NCBI GenBank assembly: GCA_963924565.1
Contig: OZ004615.1
Span: 16,182,001-16,246,000, forward strand
Reading direction: 5' to 3'
DNA: 64,000 nucleotides
DNA from: Ascidiella aspersa
Lineage: Eukaryota
Both the position numbers and the translations under genes were made by a program. The first letter of the stretch is position 1. Every line of letters starts with the position of its first letter. Below, in pieces: positions 11,101 to 26,100 of the stretch. The notes beneath the pieces were generated by a model. The model was not told the origin of the DNA. It made no database searches and was given only the letters and a program-made list of their open reading frames with translations.

Positions 11101-14100
11101 TTGGTTGTTTGCAGGGTGTCCTAAGACAACAAAGGTTGACAACCACTGACTTAAGCGAGTAGAAGTGGCATGTACAACTATTTTGACAAGTTTGTACAAT
11201 CAAAAATTAAAACATGTCTTTGAAAACCGGGTCAAAAAGTGATATTTTTTAACTAAACGCTTTTCTTTAGAAAATTTATTAGTTTCTAAATATACACTAA
11301 CATTTGAATTAGGCCTTTAAGGACCCCCTAAAACTTGTTCACGGACCTACAAGGGGTCCATGACACCAGCTTAAGAAAACTTTGTTTAATTAAAAAAAAC
11401 GTTTATTGAAAAATGAGACGCGGGCCGGGTAAAGTTCTTATAAAGGGTCGGACCCATAGCGTACATTCCTGCTACAATCAATTATAAACTGTTATTGCTA
11501 TTGATATTAAAAAGTATTTGTGGCAGTAGAATAGAGGAGTTATATACGATATACTCTACCGAAATTATCGCATTCCAAGTTGCATACCGGTAACCCAAAA
11601 GTGCGTATTTACTATACGAATAAATCGACTTTTTAGCTTACTTTTATTCTTATCAAAACTTACTAAGCATTGAAAATCATACAAGTAAAAAAGGTAAAAG
11701 CCATCCTTGGTGGTGTTAGGCCACGTAAACTTCAGCCAGGCCGAAGATAACATGTTGGGTCCTCTGTTATCAATCTAAACAATAACAATCCAATAGTAAT
11801 GTTAAAATGTGTAATAAATACAGGTTTATGCACGCAATCAATGCCTCGCTGATGGATTTTTTAATTGTTTGACTATGGGTTGTGCAGCTAAAGTAAAACG
11901 AATTGTTTTCATTATAAATATTTAGCGTGTCAGTGTGCATAATACTGTGTAATACAGGTTTTTATGCACTTAATCAGTGTCTTGCTTATGTTTTTTTTAA
12001 ATGGTTGAATATGTGGGTTGTGCTGCTAAACGAATAGTTTTCATTATACATATTTACCGTGTATGTGTGCATGATGTTGGTTGCATTTCCGCCCAAAACG
12101 GGATCAGTTAGGCTGTTTACAATGTTTGTTGATGTTGAATGATTGAATTCCAGCGTATTCGGTGTCGACAGCCTGTTGATTCAAACAAACCACAATTTAA
12201 GACTTTTTTTTCAATTTTTGGAAATTAAGTGACCAACAAATTGGTATGTTAAATACCGCGACTGTTGGTTATTTTAACTATCCGAAATAAATGCCGTAGT
12301 TCACCACAAAATTGTAAGATATGATAATAGCGTGTTAAATTTCCAACGTTTTAAATCAAGGGCCGGCAACATACGCGCGTTTGACGGATCCGGACCGGCA
12401 ATGTAAATTATCCGTCGCGCAACCTCTTGTACAAACTGCATGGGCACTCGCCCGCAAACGTAAAACTTTTTGCGCTTCGCTAGAATCTACTTTATGCATT
12501 AGTAGTACATTTTCAGGGAATCTGCTTAGCTTAAATGCGCAGTCCATGCCCATAAAGAATTAAAGTTTAACCGATTTAGCATATATGAATGCATTGCTGT
12601 GCATATTTGCATTTTACACGAACTCGTTGTGTCTTTTAAATGTCAAATTAGTACATCTTTTAAAACGATTACACACTTTCATTGTGATGATGGAGGACGC
12701 CGTGTGTAATAAAATATGTCACCAAACGAACCCAATGTTCCCGCGAACACATTACCGCCATACTCTTTAATGTAAATAAACCAATTAAAAAAGTACATTC
12801 CTTATTTACAGTAAGTATAATTATACATTGTTGAAAATTACATGTTACAACAACAAAACTGCGTGATAAAATTGATTACTGCCCTCCGAGACTTATTTGA
12901 GTATAACTATAGGAAACCGTTTACTAACTCTTGCATTATATCGATGTCAAAATGATATTATATCCTACATACTTTGTGTACTCGTTAGGTGGTTTAGGTC
13001 TGTTTATGTTGTTTATTAATATTTCACTTTTTTACTTACGATCCAAACACAAGGTTGACATCATATTTTAAAGGTCGCGTGAAGGTGAATAGATTATTTC
13101 CAGGGTTTGAATCAACAGAAGAGTTGGAACTAGAAAACATTAGGTAAACCAGAATGTTAGCTGAAATATATGGAGCAGACCTAGATGTTTAAATAAAGAC
13201 TGTTTGAAGCACGTCCGTACTCAATGTTATAGTAAAAATCGCTGATAAAACGTTTCAATTTTTCTTGACGTCCTTTAGTTTGTATCACTTAGAATATAGT
13301 TCCTGCAGGACGAAACAAACAATCTTCACGAATAGGTATCGTTGAACAGACCAAAGAGAATGATAACCAATCAGTTTGATGAATTTCGGTCAATTGGTAT
13401 ATTTACCTAATTAGCATATACTACGCCAACTCTTTATTAATTTTTGACAGACCAATAACAGCAAACACATTACTGCGATGTCTTATCTTTATAACACTCA
13501 CATACAGTTTTTTTTTGAATGTTTGGTTTGGGTGACCGCTAAGTAGTTTTAAGAGACCGCAAGTGTTTTATTTAAATACCAAAAAATAGCCATATTTGCT
13601 TAAACGAATTATTTATTATTTTTTAGGAAACCGCTGGAGAAATTTGGGGGACCGTTTCGGAAAACACCTTCAAAAAAACACTGCTCACATATTTAATCGG
13701 CTACAAATGAAACAACAACGGCAAACTTACTCCGAGAAAATTCTAGCAGTTATGTCCAATGACGTCTGCCTTGAGTAAACGGCCAAATCGTTGAGAGCAA
13801 ACTTAAAAACGATATCGCACTGGAAGAAAACATAATTTAAAAAAATAGTTATTTTATGGTTTTAATATTTTCAATTAAAATTAATATATACTTTTATATA
13901 TATATATTTTTTAAAGTCTGTATGTGGCTGAAAGAGAGATTTATGTAGGATTTTCATTTTAAAGACAGACACCAGACATCATTAGCTGTTAAAATAACAA
14001 AAAGTTTAAGATTCATGCTTGGAATATTCTCTTTTTATTTTGTTTGTGGTGTACACTTTAAAATCATTGTAGTCGCGTGTCGTTACCGCGCGGTTATTTA

Positions 14101-17100
14101 CGTAACTATTAAAGTTGAAACCAATTGTACCTTTGAGTTGTTTTGAAACAGCGAGGCAACCTTATTGATCAAGACGATGCTGCTTCCTAAACCTGCGATT
14201 GATGATTTTACAACACAGGGGTTGTTCACCTTAAACAAAATATGATCGCGTTACATTTGCATCAAAACATAATTTCCTAACCGCGATAAAACATTTAGAA
14301 ATATGGACAAAGTAACTTCTAAAAAAGAACAATAGTAGACCTTCGTAAAATAACCAAAATACACCGAAATCAAGGCAAGCATTGCTTAACTTTTTACAAT
14401 ACCTTCAATGAAATTGTTTTTCTCTTTTTCTATATACCTACTCTATATATTTACATTTTTTCATGACTGTGTACAAAACGTATTATTCAAGCTTCTAGAT
14501 GTGCTATATAGTACTTAGTATCTTACCAGAGTCAGCCTTAGACCGGGCGATTGAACAAGGATTTTTGTGTAAAAGGAATGATCTGGTCCATTGTTGATAA
14601 TTGTAACGTTTAAAGTCATCACAGCCGGCGTAGCTCCAATCACGTATGTCGCGGACGACATTGGAATCCTGAAGACATAGCAGAAGTTTCAAATTTTACA
14701 AATATAGGCCCAGTGGGGTTGTTATGGCTGCATCGGATAACACACGTTCCGTACTAATTGGCTTAGGTATCTTGAAAATGCTTTTAAAGCCAGGAAATAA
14801 ACAGGAAACAAAAGATTTTGTTATAATCCAGAGGTACCCGCTAAACAATTGGGGTAGATTACGACTTTTTCATTTTAGGCCAGTGGTCGGCAACCTTTTT
14901 CTAGTCGCGGGCAAAAACCAAACTCAGAAAGATTTCACAAAATGATAACTAAGAATTGTGTTATTTTCATGTTAAAACTACTGTGAATCAGACGGACCTC
15001 GGATCGTAATAACATTTAAGAAGTCTGTAAAGTGTTGGCTCAAAGAGCGAAAAAAAAAATTGTTTGGTTTAAAATTCGAGTTCACACGTCTTTGTCCATA
15101 CTATTAACGAAAAGTAATAAAACTGCTTTGAGGGAACGGGTTAACATTTAAAGTTAATCTAGCTGAGTGCTGACACACCTGACGAGCGAAGCGAGCGTGA
15201 TTTTTTTGGTATACCGACATTTCTTTTAAATTTCTTGCAAGTTTTTATTACATTGCCGAAAATAAAAAAAAATGTTAAAAAATATACGTCCAACATTTTT
15301 AATACGTTTTTCGTGACGCACTTGGCTGCCTTCCACGGCGCAACGGTTAAGAAGCGCTGATCTAGGTGAAAAGACAACATTAAAACATAAACAAACAGGA
15401 TTTAGTGTGTTGTTGCTCGGAGCGCGAACAATTTTCGCACTTACGTAGTTAAAATAGTCAAAAAGTATGTGAAACGGACTCGTATCTAAATTGTCAAAGA
15501 GGCGGCGAGCCCGATGAATTACATCGGCGGCCGGGCAGTAGGTTGCCGACCCCTGTTTTAGGCAATACGTTTCATCTCTTCTTCTTAGAAAGTATGAGAC
15601 CGTAAAAAAACTTACCAATTGAGAATGTCAAAGATCACACCACAAAGTTAAACATTGAACTGTAACATTAAAAAACTATTCTTCAGAATAAGACAGCTGT
15701 TCTCAAGCGTATTTACGCACAAATCTGCAAATATGTAAATAATTTGCGTTTCATTGGTAAGCGCAAAAAAACGTTTATTTGGGAAAAACTGGCAAAACTT
15801 CCCACTTATAAGGATACTCGACAAACTGGAAACAGTAAGAGATATGCACATTGTTTCACGGATCGAATGACATTTATCTACTAAGTTGTTTGAACAAGTC
15901 CAGACACCCATTGGTCTACACATCTCTGTGACTGAACACACAGTTTGAGATATTTTGTTTAAAAGAATGCATTACTGACGACGCAATGGCCATATTGCAA
16001 AGATGTGACAGAATTCCACAAATGCATTGTGTAGATCGTTCAAGTGCACACTGTGCTGTAGCCTGTGAGTGTCAGCTTATGCGACACGGGCAAAAATGCT
16101 TTTGTAGATCGTTCAAGTGCACACTGTGCTGTAGCCTGTGAGTGTCAGCTTATGCGACACGGGCAAAAATGCTTTTGTAGATCGTTCAAGTGCACACTGT
16201 GCTGTAGCCTGTGAGTGTCAGCTTATGCGACACGGGCAAAAATGCTTTTAGAAGGCGGGATAACTTTTTTCCTCGAAATTTTTCAAGTTGACATGGGATA
16301 AAATTTAATTTGATCTACAAGCCGCAACTGCTATGAGTCTTTATAGCACCGAGAAAAACTCACGAAGTTGTCGCTGCAAGGGAAAGGTCGTGAACGCATT
16401 TGCCGTCGGCTCCCGTGCAACCAGTTGTCAACATCAAATCAGTCTGCCTAAATTTGGCTGCAAGCGGATCAATTATGGGCGAGAGTACTCGATTGAGATG
16501 CGTGCTGGTCAGGTGGTAGCTGTACAGCAGCCTCAACGGCGAGTTGATGATGGTGGCGCCCAGTGAAGGAGCATACGAAGCACCCTAAAACATGCGAACA
16601 AATTAAGTAATTAACGGCGAAGGGTTTGGTTGGTTTACCTGTTTCTAGTAATATGCATCTGGAAAAACAATGGAATTTGACGACTTACGTTAAGTGTGAT
16701 ACCGTATGTAGTGCACTGAAGGTTAAAGTTCAAAAACTTTGTGACGTTCAGAACAGAAGTTGTTCTTGCGTTTCCGAAAAATATAACTCGTTTATTGCTT
16801 TGTGTTGTAACGAGACTATCTAGGTCCAACAGCGTCACCATTTCTTTACAGAGAACATAAAACAGATTATTACAATACGAGTACAGCTTGTAAAATGTCA
16901 AACATAATTCTATTATCACAATTGGACAAATACACAAACAATTAGTACACTTACCACTGTTAAAGAAGGTAGTAAGTCAAACAATATTTTAAAATGTTTT
17001 TTTTTCGTTAAACACAATTAATAACAACTTACGAATGGTGGGTGGGTCGTTTTGTGCCCTTTGGACGGCTTTAATGCAGACCGTGACATCTGCACACGAA

Positions 17101-20100
17101 CCATTGGAAAGCAAGCAATTAAGAAGATTAACAGTGGGCGGGTTTACAGTCACCGAGGCGGTCACATCGAGAATTGGCCTCGAATGAAGCGCGTACACTT
17201 TGTCGCTAGCTGGCGCTGACACGACAATGTCTGGGTAAGTGTCTGAATTGACGTCCACGCCTTGTTGGCTTGGAGTTTTTACAAGGGCGTAACCAAAGCT
17301 TACAAGGCCGACTGCCACTGTGCTTCCAAGTAAGCGCTGAAATGAACCAAAATCACGTTTTTTATATTTTACCTTGAGCAAACTTCACTTAAAAAACTAA
17401 GGATACAAGCAAACGGGCAAACAATCAAAATAAAAAAATATGTTCTATTCAGTAGATGTTCGTTTACTTCTTATTCAGATCACAGTAAAGGGATATATGT
17501 TTTAACACTGAAAAAAAAGATAGTTTTTACCTGCTTATAATTTTCACTCAGGCCCTGGGCACTTCCGTAATACAGATAAATGGCTCCGCTGCTGCTTGAC
17601 GTAAGAGCTTCGCGCGGCGCTCCAATCACAATATCGGTGAAATTGTTTTTGTCGACGTCACCCACTGCAGTGATGCTCATTCCAAATCTTGCACCCACCG
17701 CGTTCGACCCCGACAGTAGCAACGCTTGGTAGTTTGTTGAAACCTAAAAGTTCCATTGATCATTTATCCAAATCAAACCCACAGACATATGATGAAAAGA
17801 TGTAGCCCACCGTCGAAACTTCATGTGAAACACCGGGTCTACCCTCTGTATAACAACTTTAAAACAAACATTTATAACTAGAGAGGGAAAATTATTGCTT
17901 ATGGTGGTTTTTAATTATGAAAAATTTTATTATGAATATTTGTGTGCGTGCTATATTCTGTGCCCAAACGGATAATGTTTATGTTTTATTTTCGGGCATG
18001 TTTGGCCGGCACGTATAAGCTAAACAAACACAAGCTTTTTTGTAAAACGTTTTGTCAAGTCGGTTTATTTTTGGGCTACATACAGTTATTCTTACCCAGT
18101 TCATCGGGCCGAGATTTTTCGGGTCGTTCATATATACGAAAACCCTTCCTTGGTCGTAACCCTTCACGTCGCTGTAAAGGGGGGCAGAAACGAGTAGGTC
18201 GTCGTACGCGTCGTTGTTTAGGTCAACTGTCAGAACAGAATGACCGTAGTAAGCTCCCAGTTGCCATGTTTTACCGTTTGGGTGCAACGAAAAGAAATTT
18301 GAAGTCGGAGTTAGAATTTGATCCACCAGTGAAAAAACAACCTAAATCGGAAATGAGGTATTTATTATGTACCGGTAGTTGCTAAAAATGTAAGTTACAT
18401 TTTGGGGTAATAAAATTTGATGGTACCAAACTACGACCTTTTTCTTTAAAACGTCAAGTTTGTCTTAATCAGCAAGTATTTTATGTTAATGCTTTTAAAA
18501 AAAATATAGCAATTTGGAACATTAGACTTAGATATTTATTTATGTTTACCTGTCCTCTGGATTGGTACCGTGGCATTCCACTTGCAACAAACATTTGTGA
18601 GCTTCCAAGGTACTTGCCACTAGTAACCGAATAACCTGACAAATCAACGGAGTACATCGAAATCATCTTAATTAAGACGTTTCGATATGAACTTGTATCA
18701 TCTTTAGCTAAAGTGACTCTCGTATCGAAAGACAATGTTTGGATGTAACAATGACTTTGAAGAGCACATTTTCCAAAAAAAACGATAATTTGTAGTCACG
18801 ATAATGAATTTCAAAGCAAAAAAGTTCGAGTGGATCGACATCATCTTGATTAAGACGTTTCGAAACAAACTTGTATCCTCTTCAGTTAAAGTCTAAACGT
18901 CTTAATCAAGATGACGTCGATCTACTCGACCTTTTTGGCTTTGCAATTCATTATCAAGCTACATTACAGATCCGTACATAGTATACCCACTTAAATATAC
19001 TCCACATCGATAGAGTTTGTTCTCCACATGGATAGAGTTTGTTCACCTGTTACCAACAACGCTAAACGACATTTAAACAACCGCCCCAACTGACATCTTA
19101 TTTTTTCGTTCTTCGTATTTTTTCGCTGTCAATTCATTTTTCAGAAAAGGTTTCATTGAACAAATGGCAAGCACTTACCTAGGTAGGAATCTCGTAATTG
19201 ACTGATGTTTTGTGGACTCAGTATGGTTTCCAGACCAGTAAGATTGAGAAGTTGCGGCAGTTTATCGAGCGACTGGTAAGCGGCGAAAGATCCAGCTCGG
19301 TCGTATGAGCCGACAGCCCCCACGATTGGGCTGGAATTCTGTAAAAAGAAACTTGTCTGAAATTTGATTTACGATATTGATTGAGGGTAGTAGTTCTCAA
19401 CCGGGGTGTCATTTCTAATGCTCATGGGTGCCGAGAGATATTTGATAATCTTTAAGAATCTGATTTTTCAAGTCTTACAACTTTTTATGTAAGATTAGAG
19501 TGGAAGAAATCCAATTATAACTTCCTACGTTGGGTGTGATGTGTGTTGTTATTGTGACATTCTAGTGAATTACCTACGGAAAAATCTTGTACGGGTGCCG
19601 CAATCTATATATTATTTTTGAGGGGTGCCGCAGGCCATAATGGGTTGGGAATCAGTGATTTAGGGGGCCTTTAAACAAAATTTGTATATATTGATTTTTT
19701 TAATAGAAATGTAATTTTTTAAAGTTTTGATTCAGGCTAAATTATTTAAATGATTAATGTAGTTAGATTGTATATAAAATAAAACCACGACAAACATGAG
19801 CGACCTAATTATAAAGGCGGTTTGATTTTTTTTGCTGTCATAGCAAACATGTACATGTAATATTGAAAACTAATTACAAATTCGTTCAAATACCTTAGGT
19901 GTGTGCAACGAGAGGCCAAACTGTCCGTTTAGAAATTGAGAAGTTGTGTTGGAAACTTTACCTGCACACAAATAACAACAAGATATACAAAACGACGCTT
20001 TAAGTTACTTACTGAGCAGGGGTTGGCCAACCAGTTAAAGACCACGAATGTATTTCTTACTTTGCGAACCAGCGAGATGATACGCTTTACATATTAAGAG

Positions 20101-23100
20101 AAAGTGAACATAACTCTGTTTTTTTAAGTATAGGCTACATAAAGCGTATGGGTATCAAATTTGAGAACTATGGTAAATAAATGCACTAAGTTAACGCCAC
20201 GACCCAATATACTAACCATGAATATGACAGCCAAGCTTTGGCGACTCAATTAACTTCATTAAACTTTTTGTAAGCCTATACAGAGTAAGAACCGCGGGTT
20301 GGCTACCTCATCACTCGTAAAATAAGTAGAGTTAACAGCAGGGTTGGCTACCTCGTCACTCGTAAAATAAGTAGAGTTGACAGCAGTTTACTCGTATTAT
20401 TCAAATATTTATATAAATAAAAAACTTTCATGACTTGATGAAATACCAGTTCAACTATTGTTCTACAGACCGGCTCAACTAATGTACGAAGTACACTTGT
20501 TATAGGTACTTACTCTCCAGCTGAACAGTGGCTGATGCAGTGATGACTTTAGTTAGGGTGGCGAGAATCGAATTGAGTTGGTCGAAGTTGGTTGCTTGAA
20601 GTACTCTATTTTGGTCGCCGGCAATTTGTCGTAGCTCTTCTATGCCTATGCCAGTACCGACTCCGACAGCAACCATTGTGATGTTTTCCTTCCTGGCGTT
20701 TATGTTAAAACAAGACGTTACTTTGAAATGGTTTAATGTCAAGGTATACTACACCGTAACACATGTAAGAATTTTAATGTTTGACCAGTAACCAGAGGAA
20801 AGTTGGAAAAAACATATTTAAAATTTGAGACCACACGGCGTCTCAATCCGTCTCATACATGATCACAATAAAAAGTGTAATATAAATTGAATATTGTTGA
20901 TAATTCCAGGTTATGCCCGACGCCTTTAGACTGAAAAGATTCGCTCCAAACTCAAACATAGTTTTGCAGTAAGATTTTCGCAAAGTGTGTATTTTTTACA
21001 TTTGTTGTCAAAAAACGTATAGTTAGTCCTCGTGCCATGCAGTTTGTAAAAGATGTGACGGCCCGCCAAATATGATTAAATCATTTTTATTACAGTATTT
21101 TTTTTTCATTTGTTTTTTTTAACAATACTTTAAAATGCCTAAAAGGCGAGCTAAAGAAAAATTTAAAACTCGCATTGCTTTGCTGTTACATGCGGTTTAT
21201 TTAAGCCTTTAAGGAATGTTCATAGAATATTACTGTGCCAAATATGGTCGTCTGGAAGTTTCTATTGAAAGCAGCGGCGAGACGTATGGTTACCAGCACG
21301 TGATATCACGTAACAAAACCTAATAGTATCTATGCACAATTGCACGTGACCAAATACACAACAATCATTACAAGTTGACCAGATTTATTATTTTAGTTAA
21401 ACTATAGCCGTGGCGCTAACAATTAAAATTAGAAGCATAGGTGTGTGTTATCGTACAACATAGACATCCATATATCTTGTGCTTACCTAGCATTTTTTGC
21501 TTCTTTTACTGTGAGTTGGTAGTCGGTTGATTCTCCATCGGTAACCACTACCATCAGCTTAGGAACGCCCTTTCGTCCGTTTGTTCTAAATTCGCTTACA
21601 GTCAACTTGATGCCTTTGTCTGTGAAGGTCGCACCCTGACTGTACTTGATGTTAGAAACGGACTCTGCAATGTGGGTTGAAAAACTAAATTAGAAACACT
21701 AAAAGCAACGGCAGCACTACGCGATCGAAATAACTTATGGTATGCAAGGTTTCCTAAGCCTACAGACAAGTTACTCTATTTTATCATTTTCACTGTGCAA
21801 CTACATTGAATATAGAGACTATATAAACAAACCGTAACTGTGCCAAAAACGTGATGTTATCCGTTGACAAAAAATCTTAAAGTCCGATAAATATTTTTAG
21901 TTTTATTGTTCGCAGAAAGTAAAATCGTCTGTTATACAAATCCAAAAATTGTGGTTAACAGTCACCAGGGATTTTACCCATTGCGTATCCAGACTATGCA
22001 AATAAGAAAAGTTACATGTAACTGCATAAAAAAGCATTTTGAATTAAAACTTCGGGTATAATCATGTGCCAGAAACTTTGTATGTACATTGGCCGCAACT
22101 TAGCTTAATACCTTCTAAATTGAGGTAAGAGCGCTCCTGGAGAGAAACAGAGAGAACTGCGTTCCAGGCAAATTTTACCACCCCGACGCGGACGTGTCCA
22201 GCGTTAATTTCGTTCCTACAACAAGACACTATATAAGAGCAAAAAACACACGATTCAAATAGTTTATGTTACATGCACTTACGAACTTAGCGCTTAAAGC
22301 AGAGGTTCCCAACGTGGGCGGTACCGGCCCCTTGTGGGCGTTGGTGAGCTACAAGGGGGCGTTTTGGGTTTGTTTCTAATTTGGGGGGCGCTGAATGCAC
22401 CTAAGGGGGCGTTACAAAAACGTTACATAAAAGTACTTATAGGCTAAATTTTATAAAAAGTTCACATAAAATTAGTAACAAACAGCACTATAGGTAACTT
22501 TTAACCTTATATGGCAACTTTCGTACTGCGAACTTGTAGTAGTTTTTCGACCATTGTTACGTAATAATTAACTTTCTTATGTAAAGTTGTTGGTTGTTGT
22601 TGTGTTTCACAGTTTTATACGCGGTAAAATGTTTGTATATTTAAAGCAGGGGTCGCCAACTTACGGCCCGCCACCTCTTTGACAACTAGACACGAGTCCA
22701 TTTTAAATACCTTTTGACTATTTTAACTTAGTACCGGCAAAAATTTTCGCGTTTCGCGCGAATGCTCTTACTACCTGCAGTTTGTTAACGTTTTGATGCT
22801 GTCTTTGCAATAAAATAGCGCTTTTTTACAGTTGCGGACAAACGGAAAACGTATTCAAAAATATTAGACATACATTTTTTTAACATTTTTTTTATTTTTT
22901 TCGGCAATGTAATCAATACTAGCACGAAATTTGAAAGAAATGTTGATAAACCCCCCAAAAATCGCGTTCGCTTCGCTCGCCAGATGCGCCAGGACTTAGA
23001 GAGCTTACAAACGCTGAATTACACTATCTATAAACACTAAGGTTATCGAGTTTCTTCAAACTAGCTTTATTACACTTTTCATATGTACTAACACTATGGA

Positions 23101-26100
23101 TGAAAAAAATACGAGTGCCGCCTGACCTGATTCACAGTTGTTCTAACATTCCAATAACACAATTCTTAGTCAACATTTTGTGCGCCCCACAGAAACCTTT
23201 CTCAGTTTGATTGGTGCCCGTGACAAAAAAAGTTTGCCGAGCCCTGATTTTAAAGTATTTGGTGCAAATTTTTCCTCGTAATGACATAACCTAGTGAATT
23301 AATGTATCTATAAATTCCCATAGTGAATGTAGGTTAAACAACCTAAAATATGACTGACAGCTTATCGAAACGAAAAAGACAATATGATGTTAGGCAACGA
23401 TTAATATAATACTTTACTGTAAAGCTAGATGAGGGGGGCGATATGAAATAATATTGAGCCCAAGGGCACTAGTGTCAAAAAGGTTGGGAAACACTGGCTT
23501 AAATGGTTTGTTGATTTGGAAATTTTGGAGTGAACACACAAAAATCGCCATAAGTACATTAATTATTTCAAAACCATCATTGTGTGATTATAGTTCTTGG
23601 AAACCACACACAGTAGTATAGGATAGGCTATGAATATTCTCGCTGATACTATTGTTGTTCATATTTAACTGTTGGTATAATTTTTGGTCACAAGAGTTTT
23701 GCTTGCCAACAAGACAAAAAAATCGTCATTCACTTAATGCTTTGGAGGATTGCAGACCTTCGGTAATAACTTTTATTGTTATTTGAATTTTGATTTTGTC
23801 GTCGCCTACTATATTTAGCGCCACCTGTCGTAAAATTTACGCGTTTTAGATACAGGCCTTTAACAATATTTACCTGAAATTCGCAGTGACCGTGTTCACC
23901 CATAGAAGTGCCTTGGTGAAGTAATATTGTTGCACGCTCCCCGATTCGTCCATGACGAACATGATGTCGACCACGAGCGTGTTAGAGCAGGTGGAGGCTA
24001 ATCAAAAAAGTTTACTAGTTTTTGCCTAGACGAGGGTAGTGTAACATGCGGTCTACAGAGAAAATATGTGGCCCGCAGCAGGCTTTAATTTTAGGCCTGC
24101 GATACGAATCCTTGGTTCATTTGGCAAACTTTTTATTTGCATTTATGGAAAAAGGCACTTATTCTGTAAAATATGTTGAAGCATATGGCCTTGCAACTCC
24201 CGTGGCTGTGTCATTTGTTTAACTCACTTGGATAAGCGTTTTCTGCCAACTATAATAGGGTTAACGTATTCCCTCTTTGATCAGTAATCACTTATAAATG
24301 CTCGAAAACGGACTTGGTTGCTCGCACTTCAGTTAGGCTAAATCTGTTCGATGGGAAATGTACTTGATCCGGAAGTGTACTACGGATAGACATAATTGGC
24401 CTGACAACATGCACAAACACGTGTCATAGCTATTGTGGCATTTTTATGACGTAAAAAACGGAATTAAAGGTGATCGTTTTTTTACCTGCCGCGCAGGGAT
24501 TAGGTACTTCGTACGCCCCGGTTGAGTTTGCTTGAAAGCAGGCACCGTACATCCAAGGGTCCGTGTTGGTTGAGTTGGAACAAGTATAGCTGTATCCCGA
24601 TCCGCAAACCTGTTATCGCAAGTTAAACCAGAAAGGTTTTTCATCTCAACAAGTTTTTTGATCATTTTTCATAGCTTAACACGTTTAAATAGATAAGCCA
24701 CGTAAAACCCAAACGTCCATTTTAAGCGCTTGTAATCAGGTGCGCCTCAGGCAAATGGTAAAATAAAAAAATTAAAACCAACATATATTTTAATTATTTT
24801 TGCTTGTTTCGGATTAGCCCATTAGACATGCAGCACTTCCTGGGTATGCAACAATGAGGTCTATGCAATGAAACTTGCAAGAAATTCACTGTATATACCG
24901 GAAAACCTAACAAATTTCGCGCACGCAACGCTGGTCAGTTTACCACCACAATGTTAGACGCCCTCCCCGCCCCTCAGCGTTGCAGTGTTTCTAAGCCTTA
25001 TTACGTCAGGGCAAACCGAAGGACGTAGACTTTTTATCATCGCCAAACATTTTACTGCGGAATATTTTTGCCTACATAGCTATGAGATTTTAAGGTCAAC
25101 CACTTACCATTACATCTTTGCCAGAATACAAGGAATCAACAGACATGCCGATTGCTCCCACTTTTTCTAAAAAATAAACGTAACATTATAAACAAACTGA
25201 AGCATACCAAAATTAAAAGCAACTATTTGTCATTATTTAAGCCAATAAATAGCTTGGGACAATTAGGAAGTCTATAGTTTAATACCGTAAATACCTAAAT
25301 ACCAGAATATGCGTAGGGGAAGTGCGGGACCTATGGAACACCGGCATATTGCGCCCCTGTTTGCAGAACTAAATAAAATGTTGGTTGTAGGAATGAGATT
25401 TTGTGTATGGAACTTTGTCCAAAAAGTTCTACAGCGTGCTTTTGGAAATGATTGATTTATTCCAAAGTTTCACTTTTCTAGGTGAAAAATGTACTTTTTA
25501 GCTTGATATTCGTAAGGTGTTTTGATAGTCTTTAGGTAATTGTAAAGCAGTGAATATTTTTTTGGTGGAGAGAGGGGATATCTAGGTACATGTTGAAAGT
25601 AAGTTTGACTAATTGTATTCAGAGTACTGGCTAGCCGTGAGTGTTTTTATTAAAAATAGCGAATAGAGGACCTTTGGAACAATCTGTTCCATTAATCTCT
25701 CGATCATTTTATTATTCTAAGATTTTAAGGATAGTAGTATGCCAACTTTTAAGACAAGAACATCTAATAAGGGGTTGTTCACTGAGGACCAGAGCTGTGT
25801 AGTCGGACTCGGACTCGAACTAGAGAATTTTGTGCTTGTTTCCATGTGTTTTTATTTTATTTCTTAAAAAATTTCTTGTGTCACTATTTCTACACCATTT
25901 ACTGAGTAGTTATACACTTCAGGAATACTCAGCGCACTGGTTTTAGATGCAGTCATGCTCTGTTCCATCGGTCCCATGGGGTGTTCCATAGGTCCTGCGA
26001 GGTGGGACCGATGGAACAAAAAGTTACGTTTTTTATATTTAAAAAAAAACTTAGAAGGATATTTCAGATTTAAATTATTTTTTTCATGTTGGTACCCATG

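Noticed and set aside
15648-16020. Possible LINE/RTE 3' fragment upstream of the 73-bp repeat
   Set aside because: Only faint motif resemblance, and no consistent reading frame could be reconstructed.
16030-16248. Possible CRISPR array
   Set aside because: Contiguous identical 73-bp units with no spacers, no cas genes, and located in a eukaryotic intron.
17942-18385. Longer ORFs in the track (17942-18385 +, 43989-44288 -, 54544-54849 -, 62949-63347 +)
   Set aside because: These are antisense shadows of real exons, with no recognisable protein features.
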